A program made the position numbers and the translations under genes. A stretch of 64,000 bases of DNA from Heterodontus francisci (Eukaryota). A model generated the notes under the pieces. The model did not search any database. It had not been told where the DNA came from and saw only the letters and a list, made by a program, of their open reading frames with translations. Position 1 is the first letter of the stretch, and every line of letters starts with the position of its first letter. Shown here piece after piece: positions 24,909 to 36,735 of the stretch. The DNA lies in the NCBI RefSeq assembly GCF_036365525.1, contig NC_090404.1, positions 40,047,497 through 40,111,496 on the forward strand. The letters run 5' to 3'.

Positions 24909-25774
24909 GTGAGGAAATGAAACCAATTCAGAAGCTTGCACGAATGAAGTATTCCCACTTTCTTTATCAAGATTGGATTAGTTGGGATGTTTTTGTGACA
25001 ATTTATCGATGAGGATTAAACATTCCTGAACTGGTCCAGTGAATGACATCTGCACCAGTTCATGGTGTACTGGAATTCTAAAAATTGTTGGGAATGTTCC
25101 AGCAGCAACGTCCGAGCGACCTGAAGCTGCTCTTTCAAAGAGCCAGCACAGGCACGATGGACCGAATGTCCTCCTTCTGTGTTATATCATTCCCTATTTG
25201 AGCGGCAATGACTGAGGTACTGGATGGTGCTCACTGTGAGGCTAGTATTGCAAAAGGCACTAAGATGTCTTGACATGAATATGAAGATGTGGCCAATGTA
25301 ATGCATCGAACATAATCTTTTATGATATTAGGAATAATTTATAAAGATCGTCTCACATCCCATTTAATTAATTCACCAAATCAATCCAGGTGAAACAGGA
25401 CAGAAATACAGATCAAAAGTGTATCTTCAGAAAATAATGGATCAAATTTCACAGTACGGTTCAGTTACTCGTTACATTTCTGAGGATTTATTATATCTGC
25501 TGCTGCATTCGGTACAAAATTGTGTAAATAAAATGAAATAGGTGAGAGTGGGACAGAGAAAGTAAGAACAGTGAGTGAGAGAGGGATAGTCATTGAGAGA
25601 GAACTGCTACTAAATTAAAGAGACAGATATGATCAGAAAACCGAAATAAAACAACAAACGGTTCTTTCTTTTAAATATTTTATTTAAAACGACATGGGTA
25701 AGAGCCAGGGAAATACGACTATTTGGACAACAATTCTAGGGAGTCATCAAACACGATCGGCCCAATTTATTTGT

Positions 25775-26170
25775 CTATTTCTCTCTTTCTTTCCCTCTCC
25801 ATCTCCCTCAGCTTTTCTCTCTGTGTCTGTCACTCTCCCACTTTATAACCCACTGTCTCTCTCTCACACTCCGTTTCCATGTCGCTGCATGTTTTTAAAA
25901 AAATCTCTGTTGGTGTCTGGCTCTTGGACTCCCTTTATCTCTTTCTCTCCCCTCTCTCTTTATCTCTCTGCCTCTCACTCTTTCTCTGACGGTCTCTCCA
26001 TCCCACTCTTTCTGCTGTTATCTCTCTCTCTGCTGCTCTGTCCCTGCCTGTCTCTCCCTATCGATTTCTCTCTCTCTTGTCCTGTTCCTGATGTTCATTA
26101 TCTCTGTGTTGTTCTCTGTTTTTTCTGTTTGTCTCTTTGTATCCAGTTCTCTTTTTGTCTCTCTCCCTGT
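25775..26170 (+). repeat. CT-rich low-complexity tract in the C1-C2 intron
   Basis: Degenerate (CT)n/(TCTC)n run. Confidence 0.85.
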
Positions 26171-26329
26171 CATTCAGTATAAATTATTTTTTCAAATTAG
26201 TGATTCACTCAAACTGCACGAAAACAACAGAATGATATTTTAAATTCAATAATAATCAGTAAAAATATGTTCATCAACTATCAGTTGTCACTGAAATTAA
26301 ATGCTTCCTAAACAAAGAGATTGGTCAAC

Positions 26330-27228
26330 ATAAAATTTGCAGATGACACTAAGGTCGGTGGAGTTGTAGATAGTGCCGAAGGATGTTGGAGGGCACAAAG
26401 GGACATAGATAGGCTGCAGAGCTGGGCTGAGAGATGGCAAATGGAGTTTAATGCGGAAAAGTGTGAGGTGATTTACTTTGGAAGGAGTAACAGGAATGCA
26501 GAGTACTGGGCTAATGGGAAGATTCTTGGTAGTGTAGATGAACAGAGAGATCTTGGTGTCCAGGTGCATAAATCCCTGAAGGTTGCTAACCAGGTTAATA
26601 GGGCTGTTAAGAAGGCATATGGTGTGTTAGCTTTTATTAGTAGGGGGTCGAGTTTCGGAGCCACGAGGTCATGCTGCAGCTGTACAAAACTCTGGTGAGA
26701 CCGCACCTGGAGTATTGCGTGCAGTTCTGGTCACTGCATTATAGGAAGGATGTGGAAGCTATGGAAAGGGTGCAGAGGAGATTTACTAGGATGTTGCCTG
26801 GTATGGAGGGAAGGTCTTACGAGGAAAGGCTGAGGGACTTGAGGTTGTTTTCGTTGGAGAGAAGGAGGAGGAGAGGTGACTTAATAGAGACATATAAGAT
26901 AATCAGAGGGTTAGATAGGGTGGATAGTGAGCGTCTTTTTCCTCGGATGGTGATGGCAAACACGAGGGGACATAGCTTCAACTTGAGGGGTGATAGATAT
27001 AGGACAGATGTGAGAGGTAGTTTCTTTACTCAGAGAGTAGTAAGGGCGTGGAACGCCCTGCCTGCAGCAGTAGTAGATTCGCCAACTTTAAGGGCATTTA
27101 AGTGGCCATTGGATAGGCATATGGATGAAAATGGAATCGTGTAGGTCAGATGGTTTCACAGGTCGGCGCAACATCGAGGGCCGAAGGGCCTGTACTGCGC
27201 TGTAATGTTCTAAATTCTAAATTCTAAA
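26330..27228 (+). mobile_element. Young 5'-truncated CR1 LINE directly upstream of C2
   Basis: KFADDTKVGG...MDENGIV*; (TTCTAAA)3 tail; near-identical to 49097-49998. Confidence 0.95.
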
Positions 27229-27263
27229 CGCATTGTCCTGTTTCTGTATCTCTGGTTTCTCAG

Positions 27264-27572
27264 TGACAGAAATCACAGTATTTCTCAGAGATCCCTCCAT
27301 TGAAGACATCTGGATCAATAAGACTGCCACCCTGGTGTGTGAAGTGGTCTCTACAGATCCCACTGAGATTGCGATCTCTTGGACAGTTGATGGTAAGATG
27401 AGGATTGAAGGAGTTCAAATCGAAGCAATTACAAAGGATGGAAACCAGTACCTGACAATCAGCCGCTTGACAAGCAGCGTGGAAGAATGGGATAGCGGGG
27501 TTGAATACTCATGTTTAGCACATGGGGACCAATCATCAAATCCGGTAACAAAACAAACAAGAAGGACAAAAG
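27264..27572 (+). CDS. IgNAR: IgNAR constant exon C2
   Basis: CAG| acceptor (in-frame alternative AG 6 nt downstream, exon start 27270), VTEITVFLRDPSIEDIWINKTATLVCEVVS...EEWDSGVEYSCLAHGDQSSNPVTKQTRRTK, donor G|GTGGGT. Confidence 0.95.
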
Positions 27573-27647
27573 GTGGGTAAAAATATATCGCCCTGTTTTT
27601 AAATGACTGTGGAAGGAAGACTAACCCTGGTTGAAATTCTGTTACAG

Positions 27648-27965
27648 TCGAGCCAATACAGCCAAAGGTCCGCCTCCTGCCTCCATCACCAGAGGAGATT
27701 CAAAATACCAGCACCGCCATTCTCACATGCTTGATAAGAGGATTCTATCCTGATAAAATCACCGTTTCCTGGGAGAAGGACGGAGTTGCTTTAAACTCGA
27801 ACGTCACCAGTTTCCCCACTGCTCTTGAACAGGACCAGAGCTTCAGCACAAGCAGCCTTCTCATTTTACCTGCAGCTGAATGGAAAAAGGGAGAAACATA
27901 CACCTGTTCCGCCTTACATTCACCTTCAGACTCGACCGTGAAGAGGGCCATCAGCAAACCGAAAG
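27648..27965 (+). CDS. IgNAR: IgNAR constant exon C3
   Basis: After a 75-nt intron; VEPIQPKVRLLPPSPEEIQNTSTAILTCLIRGFYPDKITVSWEKDG...EWKKGETYTCSALHSPSDSTVKRAISKPK, donor G|GTAAGG. Confidence 0.95.
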
Positions 27966-28614
27966 GTAAGGGTAGTTACACAATATATACTCACACAATC
28001 AGTGCTTTGCACTTCATCTAAAGGCAACATCAAACAACAGGGGCACTAGTGATCAGATACCTCTAGTTGGAGGAACAGCAAAATGTGTGGATAACAATTA
28101 ATGCAGCCTTAACTCACAGGCCGCACGGAGACAATAAACTGATCAGCACTCAGTGTGTGCGCCGCCAGAAACATGTGAGGACCCAATGGTAAGAATGAAG
28201 GAGGAGAAGAATTTCTCCTACTTCACTGTACGGTTCACTGGTGATTGTGGGCGATCATTAAACAGCAATAAACAGTAGATAAACATGCATAGAGTTCCAT
28301 AATGTGGGGAGAAGACTTTGGGTGCTGTTTACTTCGTTCTGTACTGCTGGATTTAAGTCCGATACAACACTGAGTGCCGGCAGTCAGTTAAAAGCCAAAA
28401 ACAGCCAGTTATCAGGTGACACAGCCAATTTAGTCAGTAGCTTTTTGCATTTCAATTACTCATATCTTCTGCACCGCCAGGGTTAGAGGTCATAAAAGGA
28501 GTCTAATAACGTCATCATGAACAGAATCCAATGCTGTGACCTTTTGTTTTGATGAGTGTAAACTAAACTGTTTTCATTTCTGATTGTTTTTATTCCAATC
28601 AAATTACAAATAGT

Positions 28615-28785
28615 GAGGTATATTGGAACCCACTACATTCTGGCTACGGGGCTGCAACTGACCTGCAGCACCAGTCAGTCTGATGCGTGAACGTCTGCAG
28701 CATGAGAACGGGAACAATTTGTCCCAATTAAATTCCAGTCAGAGGAATTCCTGATCTGTGGAATAAATTATTGTAAATATTATTA
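28615..28785 (+). repeat. Direct repeat copy A (~170 bp) in the C3-C4 intron
   Basis: Aligns by eye with 31717-31888 (e.g. GCAGCATGAGA, GTCCCAATTAAAT, CCAGTCAGAGGAATTCC, GATCTGTGGAATAAAT). Confidence 0.85.
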
Positions 28786-29379
28786 GCACAATAATAGTCC
28801 CACCACCTTCGTGTGAAGGATGAAGAAGCAATAAACTTCCCTGGATCTGGGGTTGGATACCCGTTTCTTGCTGAGTTCGTTGATTTCACCTGATGGTGCT
28901 CGGGGCCTGAAATGGGTCTTAGTGTCCCTAGATTCACGAAACAGCAATAGTGCGTGGTTCCACTCCTGACCGATGGTAAGTGCATGTGTGCTATTTCTGG
29001 GAAGAAGAAGAGAGGACATTGGCTGCAATGTCCTCACGGTACAACAACCTGCTGATATTTACTGTGTTTCGGGTCTCATGAACAATAGATCATTGGCTCA
29101 GGTACCAGAGGGTGGCCAATAGATCTCGTACAGCAGTGAGTACAGGAGAGGATAGAATCAGGCAAGTATTGTTATCAGACGCAGTCATAAACACTAACAA
29201 ACAAGTTTCTGGCATTGGTGAGGACCCCTACACTGTAATAGTCAGCTATGCAGACCAAACACGCCCTATGTCCTGCCACCAGACCTCGCTGAGTTGACGA
29301 ATCTCAACTGCTGGCTTTTTGGCAGACGCAATAGCCTAGATACATCCGGGTTAGTGAGGCGAACACCATTGTTTCCTCT

Positions 29380-30300
29380 TACATAGGGTTATATAGAATA
29401 TACAGCACAGAAACAGTCCATTAGGCCCAATAAGTCCAGGCAAGCGTTTATGCTTCACTCAAGTCTTCCTTCAGTATTTCCCTATCTAACTCTTTGAACA
29501 TAATGCTCCATTGCTATCTCCTTCATATGCTTGGCTAGACTCCAGTTAAATACAATTATACTGTTCACTTCAACCACTCCTTGTTGTCAGGAGTTCCCTA
29601 TTTTCACCTTTCTCGAGATAAAGAAGCTTGTTCCGAATGCCCTATTGAATTTCTTGGTGACTACCTTATGATAATGGCCACTAGCTTTGCTCTTTCCCAA
29701 GTGAAAAACTTCACTGTGTCTACTCGACCAAACCTTTCATAATGAAAAAAAAACTCTATTGGAGAACGCCTCAGCCTTCTCTTTTCAGCAGAAAAGACAC
29801 CTAGCCTGTTCAATCTCTCCTGAAATGTATTCCCCCGTATTGATGTTGTCATCCTTGTAAATAATGTTTGCGCCCTCTCTAATGCCTCTGCATTATTTTT
29901 TCAATATATGACAAGCATATTGTGCGCAGTAATCCAGGTGTAGTCAAATCAAGGTTCGATGCAGTTTTAGTGTAACTTTCAATTCTAGTTTTTTTTATGA
30001 CCTTGTTAATCTGCGTTTCTAGTTGTAATGATTTATGTATCTGTAATCCCAGATCCATTTTCTCCTCTTCCACATTTATATTCTTATTTTCTAAGTAATA
30101 TGCCACCTCTTTAACTTTCTTGGTGAAATGCAATACTCTGCATTTATTTATGTTAAATTCATTTGCCAATTATTTCTCCATACTGCAAGTATCTTCATAT
30201 CTTCTTGCAATTTGTTGCAGTCCTCCTCAACATTGGCTATTCGCCTGAATTTGGTGTAATCCACAAATTTAGAAATTGGATTTCTCATTTTACCATCCCA
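29380..30300 (-). mobile_element. Degenerate CR1 LINE 3' part
   Basis: FQERLNRLGVFSAEKRRLR and FNINKCRVLHF motifs. Confidence 0.75.
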
Positions 30301-31716
30301 AACATTAATGGTCCTCCGATCTGAGGAGGTCAGGTGGAGTTCGATGTGTTGGCACCTCTGGCGAGTGCAGGACTGGACGGGGCTCTGATGTTGCTGCTGT
30401 AGGATAGGCTGTTGGCATTCACATTTTCTGCTGATCTACTCAGAGTGTCCAATCGGTAGAGGTACTCAAGGCAAGCGATTCAGTGGAGCCTGTACTGGAG
30501 TAACAATGACAGCAGGCATTTATATAGCACTTTTAAACGCCTCGTGCCTCTTCACAGAAATCGATAGGAAGTGAATCTAAATATGCACGCTGTCTTTGTT
30601 TTAGAATGCTGAGGTGATGATTTGAGTGTTGAAATCAGCCCAAGTCCCACACATGACATTTCTGCTTGTCGTTGCCTCAACATATCTCAGGGTTGAAACT
30701 CAGTTTGCTGTTTAAACCAATGGAGATGATTCATTTTATTGCAATCAGTCATCTGACATTCTCACTTTTTTGTGCCTTCCTTTTTCCTTTTTCTGCCAAA
30801 AATAGCAACTTTTTGAAATGAAAGTAAGATCAAATCCCTTCAGATAAATGGGTTCTTGTAACATACACCATGAAATATTCTTCTTTCATTTTATGAAGGG
30901 ATGTTAACTTAATGGGATGAAATCAGGGATCCCAGTGAGTAGACAAATACATGTTTACATCTGCCAATCTGGAAGGAGAGCCAATGGGAATGATGAGAAT
31001 CAAGAAACAGTTTGCACAGCACTCCCTTCTGAAACATCATTGAGAGAAATTCACCAATTTTAGTGTAGATTAGAGAAAAAAAAGTAACAATGTTGGACAT
31101 GCGCAATAAATATGTAACTTTAGTCCCTTGTAGAGATCTTGAGAATTTCAGAGATGACATCCTCGCCAAATATAATGACGGTGGTTTCGATAATGTTCAG
31201 AGAAACAAATTTAACTTTTAGTGAAAACAAAGGAGAATGCTTATTCTTTTAGATTTCATGCCATGTATAAAGAAAGTAATGATTCTTACGGGCAGAGTGA
31301 CCATTTTACTTTAAAAACTGAAGGCATGTTTTCCAAAATCTTTAGCATTTATCTTAATTTTGTAAAGGTCGGATACTAGAGAAAACCTTTCCACCGTCAC
31401 TGATGTCAATATCGTGTACCTCTGGGCCAGGTATATCATCGTAAAATTATAGACTTCCTCACTTTACACACTTAAATAATGGTGTCTTTAATCTCAACCT
31501 TCCAGCAATGCTTCTTCCTAGATCAGAGTGGTAGTTTTTACGTTTTCCTAAATACATTGTAGCTTTTAAGTGACCAGCGAAATCGGTGTCAAATGATGTA
31601 GAACATCTGCGTGTTGGTTTTGAGGCCACGCTTCCATTCATTGCTCAGGCAGAGACAAGTTCATTTCAACCCAAATGCTTGGACTGAAAAAGAGGAGAAT
31701 TTTAGTCACTTTATAG

Positions 31717-31888
31717 GAGGTATATTTGAACCCACCACATTCAGGACACAGGGCTGCAATTGACCTCTAGCATCAGTCAGTCAGTCTGATGGGTGAACGT
31801 TTGCAGCATGAGAGCGGGGACAATTAGTCCCAATTAAATCCCAGTCAGAGGAATTCCCGATCTGTGGAATAAATAATCAGAAATATTT
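31717..31888 (+). repeat. Direct repeat copy B (~170 bp) in the C3-C4 intron
   Basis: See copy A. Confidence 0.85.
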
Positions 31889-32094
31889 TTGCGGACATCA
31901 TCCAGGGAAGCCAGGAGATGAAAGCAACAAGACCAGAAGGGCGCTGCATCTTATTAGCTAAACAGAAACAATCTGAGAAAATTCCTAACCTACTCCAGTA
32001 AGTAGAATTATTTTACATCTCTTGGAGTATGTTGTTGTTGTTACCCTTGAATTCAACATGACAGCTTGAAATAACCATTCCCTCTTCTTTCAAG

Positions 32095-32415
32095 ATGATT
32101 GTCATGAGGCAGACATTTCTGTCAATATATTGAACCCCCGCTTTGAAGAGATTTGGACTCAACGAACGGCGACCATTGTTTGTGAAATCCTTTACAGCGA
32201 CTTAGAAAGCGTCATCGTGTCCTGGCAAGTGGATGGGAGTGGGAAAACGGAAGGAGTCGAGACTCAGAGTCCCGAGTGGAATGGAAGCAAATTCGCCATC
32301 GTTAGTAAACTGAAAGTCACTGCGGCAGAGTGGGACAGTGGGGTGGAATACGTCTGCTTCATAGAGGACAGCGAATTACCAACACCAGTGAAAACTTCCA
32401 CCAGGAAAGTAAAGG
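32095..32415 (+). CDS. IgNAR: IgNAR constant exon C4 (extra N-terminal Cys, probable inter-chain disulfide)
   Basis: Pyrimidine tract + AAG| acceptor; DDCHEADISVNILNPRFEEIWTQRTATIVCEILY...EWDSGVEYVCFIEDSELPTPVKTSTRKVK, donor G|GTAAGC. Confidence 0.95.
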
Positions 32416-32813
32416 GTAAGCACAGATAATACTCAGTCAGATGATAAATTATGTTAACAAATCACCCAGTTTCTTCATTAAATGTTCCTATGTCATCTGG
32501 GACCTGGGAAGTCACCAGACGGGTAAAAAATAGTATGAAAAAATAGAAGCGGTTTGACACTGTTGCATCCTAAGAGCGTCAGTGCTTTTTGATTGTCTCC
32601 AACTCTTTGCAATCTAACGTCAGACCACATTGAAAAACCACCAAAATAAAGAAAATTAATGGCACCCATGAACAAGAAGAGAAATATGTAAACTCTCACA
32701 GTTCGGAAACTATTCCAAATGCCCGAATGCACATTATTTCTAGAAAAGGGGAACATAAAGTGAAGACTGGAGAAGAAACAAACTCAGTTTAACCAATATT
32801 TCTCTCTTTACAG

Positions 32814-33196
32814 TTGGTGAAATGCATCCTCCTAAAGTCTACGTGCTACTTCCATCAGCGGAAGAGATAGACACTGAGCAGACGGCTACTCTGGTGTGTC
32901 TGGTCACTGGATTTTATCCTGCTGAGATTTACATCGCTTGGATGGCCAATGACACCCTTTTGGATTCAGGTTCTCCTAGCCAAGCAGAGATCGAGAAGAG
33001 AAATGATTCCAGCTCCATTGCCAGCAGATTGAAACTCACTGCGGTGGAGTGGAACAGCGGCACCACTTACACCTGTTTAGTGGGACACCCGTCCCTCCAA
33101 AGGGATTTACGCAGAAGCATAAATAAATCTTATGGTAAACCTACTTCAGTTAATGTTTCACTTGTCCTATCTGACAGTGTTAAATCATGTACATAA
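32814..33196 (+). CDS. IgNAR: IgNAR constant exon C5 plus secretory tailpiece (GKPTSVNVSLVLSDSVKSCT*); internal donor after 33134 for the membrane form
   Basis: CAG| acceptor, VGEMHPPKVYVLLPSAEEIDTEQTATLVCLVTGFYPAEIYIAW...EWNSGTTYTCLVGHPSLQRDLRRSINKSY, then G|GTAAAC internal donor and tailpiece ending in TAA at 33194-33196. Confidence 0.96.
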
Positions 33197-33512
33197 CCCA
33201 GTGTGGGTGACTATCTGTTTCCCATAGATGTGTTACTGTTGTGATGTTCATAACTGTTTGAGTATCTGAGTCAGCGAATCTCCTGTTTATCACATGTCAC
33301 TGTCACCCTCTATGTCTACGAATAATTGTTGAGATATTTCACGAATATATGGAACCATATCAGTCAATGAAGGATAGTTATGGTTAGAATCCGATAACCC
33401 TGGATAACCTTAACACAGCTGAAATCGTTTTGAAGATCCCTTGAAGGGTTCAGTGATGTTATTGGATGAATAGGAAATTGTGCTTTCGTCTGTATGTGGG
33501 TCTGCTAATTGC

Positions 33513-33518
33513 AATAAA
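33513..33518 (+). terminator. Polyadenylation signal for secretory IgNAR mRNA
   Basis: First AATAAA I see after the secretory stop, followed by a GT/T-rich element at ~33547-33570. Confidence 0.7.
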
Positions 33519-33914
33519 TGTAGAATGAAAACCTGCTGGCTCCCCTATTTGTCGTTTGTGTGCGTGTTACTTTCACGATCTTCATTTTAAACTTGATCCA
33601 AATATGTATGATATACATTGTCTAATCTTCCAGCTGTGCAACACGTTTCCATTCCCCCATTTTTAGAGATACAAAGGGTGCTTTCAAACAGATTACACTA
33701 CTCCTTACCGTGTTTGCAGCTTCAAGAGCTCTTGTGGTTTACATTTGGCCAATGATGTATCTAGTTGTAAATCGGTATGAGTAAAAGTAGAACAACATCC
33801 AGTCACTATTTAGTACGACAATAATTTACCAAAACTAGTGATTGCCTGTATTCACTCTTACTTATCTAGTCATAGCTAGATCTTCAGTGAGATCTCCACC
33901 AGCTCCCGCACCAG

Positions 33915-35270
33915 TATATCTGGAGTTCCATAAGGATCTATCCCTGGTCCTCTCCTATTGCTCACATACATGCTGTCTCTGGGTGACATCATCCAAAATC
34001 AGAGCCCACATGTACGCTGCTGACACCCAGCTCTATCTCACCATCACCTCTTCCGATCAATCCGCTGACTCTGATTAGTTTTTATTATTTGATGGGACAT
34101 GAGCGTCAATGTGAAGACCAGCATTAGTTGACTTTGAGTTGGTGTTGATGAGCTGCCTTCATGAGCCACTGCAGTCCATCTGCTGTAGATACACCCACAA
34201 TGCTGTTAGGAAGGGAGTTCCAGGATTTTGACCCAGTGACAGTGAAGGAACAGCGTTATAGTTCCAGGTCAAGATGGTGTGTGGCTTGGTGGGGAACTTG
34301 CAACAGGTGGTGTTCCCATGCATCTGCTGCCTTTGTCCTTTTAGGTGATAGAGGCTGTTGGTTTGGAAAGCTATTGTTTGAGGAGCTTTGGTGAGCGGCT
34401 GCAGTGCACCTTGTGTATTATACACGCTGCTGTCACTCTGTGTCAGTGGTGGAGGGAGTGAATGTTTGTGTTTTGGGTACCAAGCAAGGGGACAGCTTTA
34501 TCCTGGATGCTGTCGAGCTTTTTGCATGTTGTTGAAGGTGCACCCATCCAGGCAAGTGGAGACTATTCCACCACACTCCTGTAGACAGACATTGGGGAGG
34601 CAGAAGTTGTTACTCACTGCAGAGTTCCCAGCATCTGACCTGTTCCTGGAGCCATAGTATTTATGTGACCGCTCCAGTTCATTTTCTGGTCAATGGTAAC
34701 CCCCAAGATGTTGATGGCAATGCTATTGTTGTATTGAACTATTAATCTGTGCAGTTTCAAAAGTTTTTGTTTCCAAGGTATGACTTGACATTGGAATATC
34801 CTCAGCACTTTAGTGTCATTTGAGCTCATTGTCAGCTGGTGGGCTTCTGAATCACAATATTGTGGGTAGAAATTCGCCTCAAGTGACGGCGCCACCGCCT
34901 GAGAGGGATTTCAACTCCAGTGGGTTCAAGCTCCTCTGCCTGACTTCGGTTTCTAATCCAGGCTGACAATTCCACGCAACAGCGGGTGCGGTTTTCCAGA
35001 TAAGAGGCTGCTCCGTGGCCTCGTCTGGTTGTTCGGGTAGATGTTAAAGATACCCTGGGTGTATTGAAGGATTAGCGAGCTCTGCTGGCGGCTCCCAGAG
35101 CAACACTTATTAGACTAACTTCCCATTGACCACATTGCTGCTTTTTGGGCGTGGTTCTGGGTTAATTGACTGTGATGTAGTTTATCAAACATTAAAAAAG
35201 TAATTATTTGGCCGTACAGCTTTGTGACCTCTGGAAGCCGTGAAAGGCTATGTATGAAGTGGAATCTACT
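33915..35270. mobile_element. Cluster of old elements: L2 RT fragment (+, 33915-34075), LINE 3' end (-, 34080-34740), SINE remnant (~34810-35270)
   Basis: HMYAADTQLYL (YADD motif); the minus-strand block is homologous to 7045-7835. Confidence 0.65.
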
Positions 35271-35539
35271 TTTCTTCTCATAATGGTCAGTTGAAGTGCA
35301 GCACAGGATCCGACAGTTTATCGAATGGGAAGCTAACCTGTATTCACAGCGAATTGCAGCCTGCAGTGAGACAGCTGATCCGATCATTGTTGGTGTTGCA
35401 TTTTCTTCTCAAGGGGAAATCAGACCGTTCTTTAACGTAAAGCACTTTGCCTAATTACTGTGACTAGCCAGCCGAGTCAGAAGCCGCAACAGCTGTTTCA
35501 TACGATCCATACAGGATTGTATCTGTATGAGTGGCGGAA

Positions 35540-36735
35540 CCACTGTTCAGATGTGTAGTATCGGTCTAAGAAGGAGGCTGTCTCGCTGATTTGGGAACCG
35601 CTGTTCTATGGGTTGTGGTTAAGTCGCCATGTTGGAGGCTGCCTGATTGAGTGGAAGAACCGCTGTTCTTTGAGGTCCAGCGTCTCTCCACTCTGGAGAA
35701 TGTCTCGGTGAAGGGGGGGCCGGCGGTAGGGTGGGGGGAGCGCTGTTCTATGAGATGTGGTATCTATCCATGCAGGCGTGTGCCTCAGTGAGTGAGGCAA
35801 CCGTTGTTCGATGAGATGTGGTATCTCTCCTTCCTGGAGTGTGTCTTAGTGAGTGGGGGAACGTCTGTTCAATGGAATGTGGTAACTATCCATGCTGGAG
35901 GGTGTCACGGTGAGTGAGGGATCACTTGTTCCTTGGCGTGTGGTATTTCTCCCTGCTGTAGGATATTTTGACGACTGGGGGAACTACTGTTCTATGAGGT
36001 TTGTTATGTATCCATGCTGGAGTATGTCTCAGTGAGTGAAGCAACTGATGTTTGATGGGGGATGGTATCCATCTATGCTAAAGAATGATTCAGTGAGTGG
36101 GGAAACCACTGTCCTATAGGGTGCGGTGTCTCTCTCTCTCTCTCTGTTGAAGGGTGTCTCAGTGAGTGGGATAATCCATGTTCTATACCTATTCATGCTG
36201 GAGGGTGTGGAGATGAGTGGGATAATCCATGCTATATGGGATGCGATATCTATCCATGTTGGAGGATGGCCCTTTGAGTGGGGGAGTCTCTGTACAGTGG
36301 GGGGCGATATCTATCTGTGCAGGAAGACGTCTCGATGAGTAGGGGAGCCGATATTCTATGGGCTGAATTTCTGTCCATGTTAGAGTGTGTCTTAGTGAGT
36401 GGGAGACCTCTGGTCTCTGGGATGCGGTATCTATCCGTGCTGAAGATGTCTTGGTGAATAGGGAAACATCTGGAATGTGTCTCAGTGCGTGGATTCGCCG
36501 CTTTTCTACGGGGTCTGGTATCTATCCAACTGGAGGATGCTTCTGTGAGTAGAGGAATCTATGTGCTATGGGTTGTGGTATCTATCCTTGAAGGAAAATG
36601 TCTCGTTGAGTGGAGGAACAGCTGTTCAATGGGAAGTTATGTCTCGCCACGCTGGAGGGTGTCTCAGTGAGTGGAGGATGCGCTGTTCTATGGGGTGAAG
36701 TATCTACCACGCTGGAGGTTGCCTCGGTGAGGTGG
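35540..36735 (+). repeat. Minisatellite, ~60-61-bp unit, about 19 degenerate copies
   Basis: Recurring CTGTTCTATGGGxTGTGGTATCTATCCATGCTGGAGGxTGTCTCAGTGAGTGGGGGA at ~60-bp spacing (35601, 35663, 35743, 35804, 35864 ... 36622, 36683). Confidence 0.88.

Noticed and set aside
25694-26182. 162-aa Leu/Ser-rich ORF that looks multi-transmembrane
   Set aside because: Artefact of the CT-rich low-complexity tract.
28728-29037. Minus-strand ORFs with DYYCA and IQG/KFIAS suggesting an inverted VH pseudogene, or a sixth C domain
   Set aside because: Motif spacing is wrong, there is no conserved Trp/Cys register or RSS, and the region overlaps the intronic direct repeat.
35540-36735. CRISPR array or classical class-switch region
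   Set aside because: Eukaryotic DNA with degenerate tandem units and no unique spacers; the position 3' of C5 does not fit a switch region.
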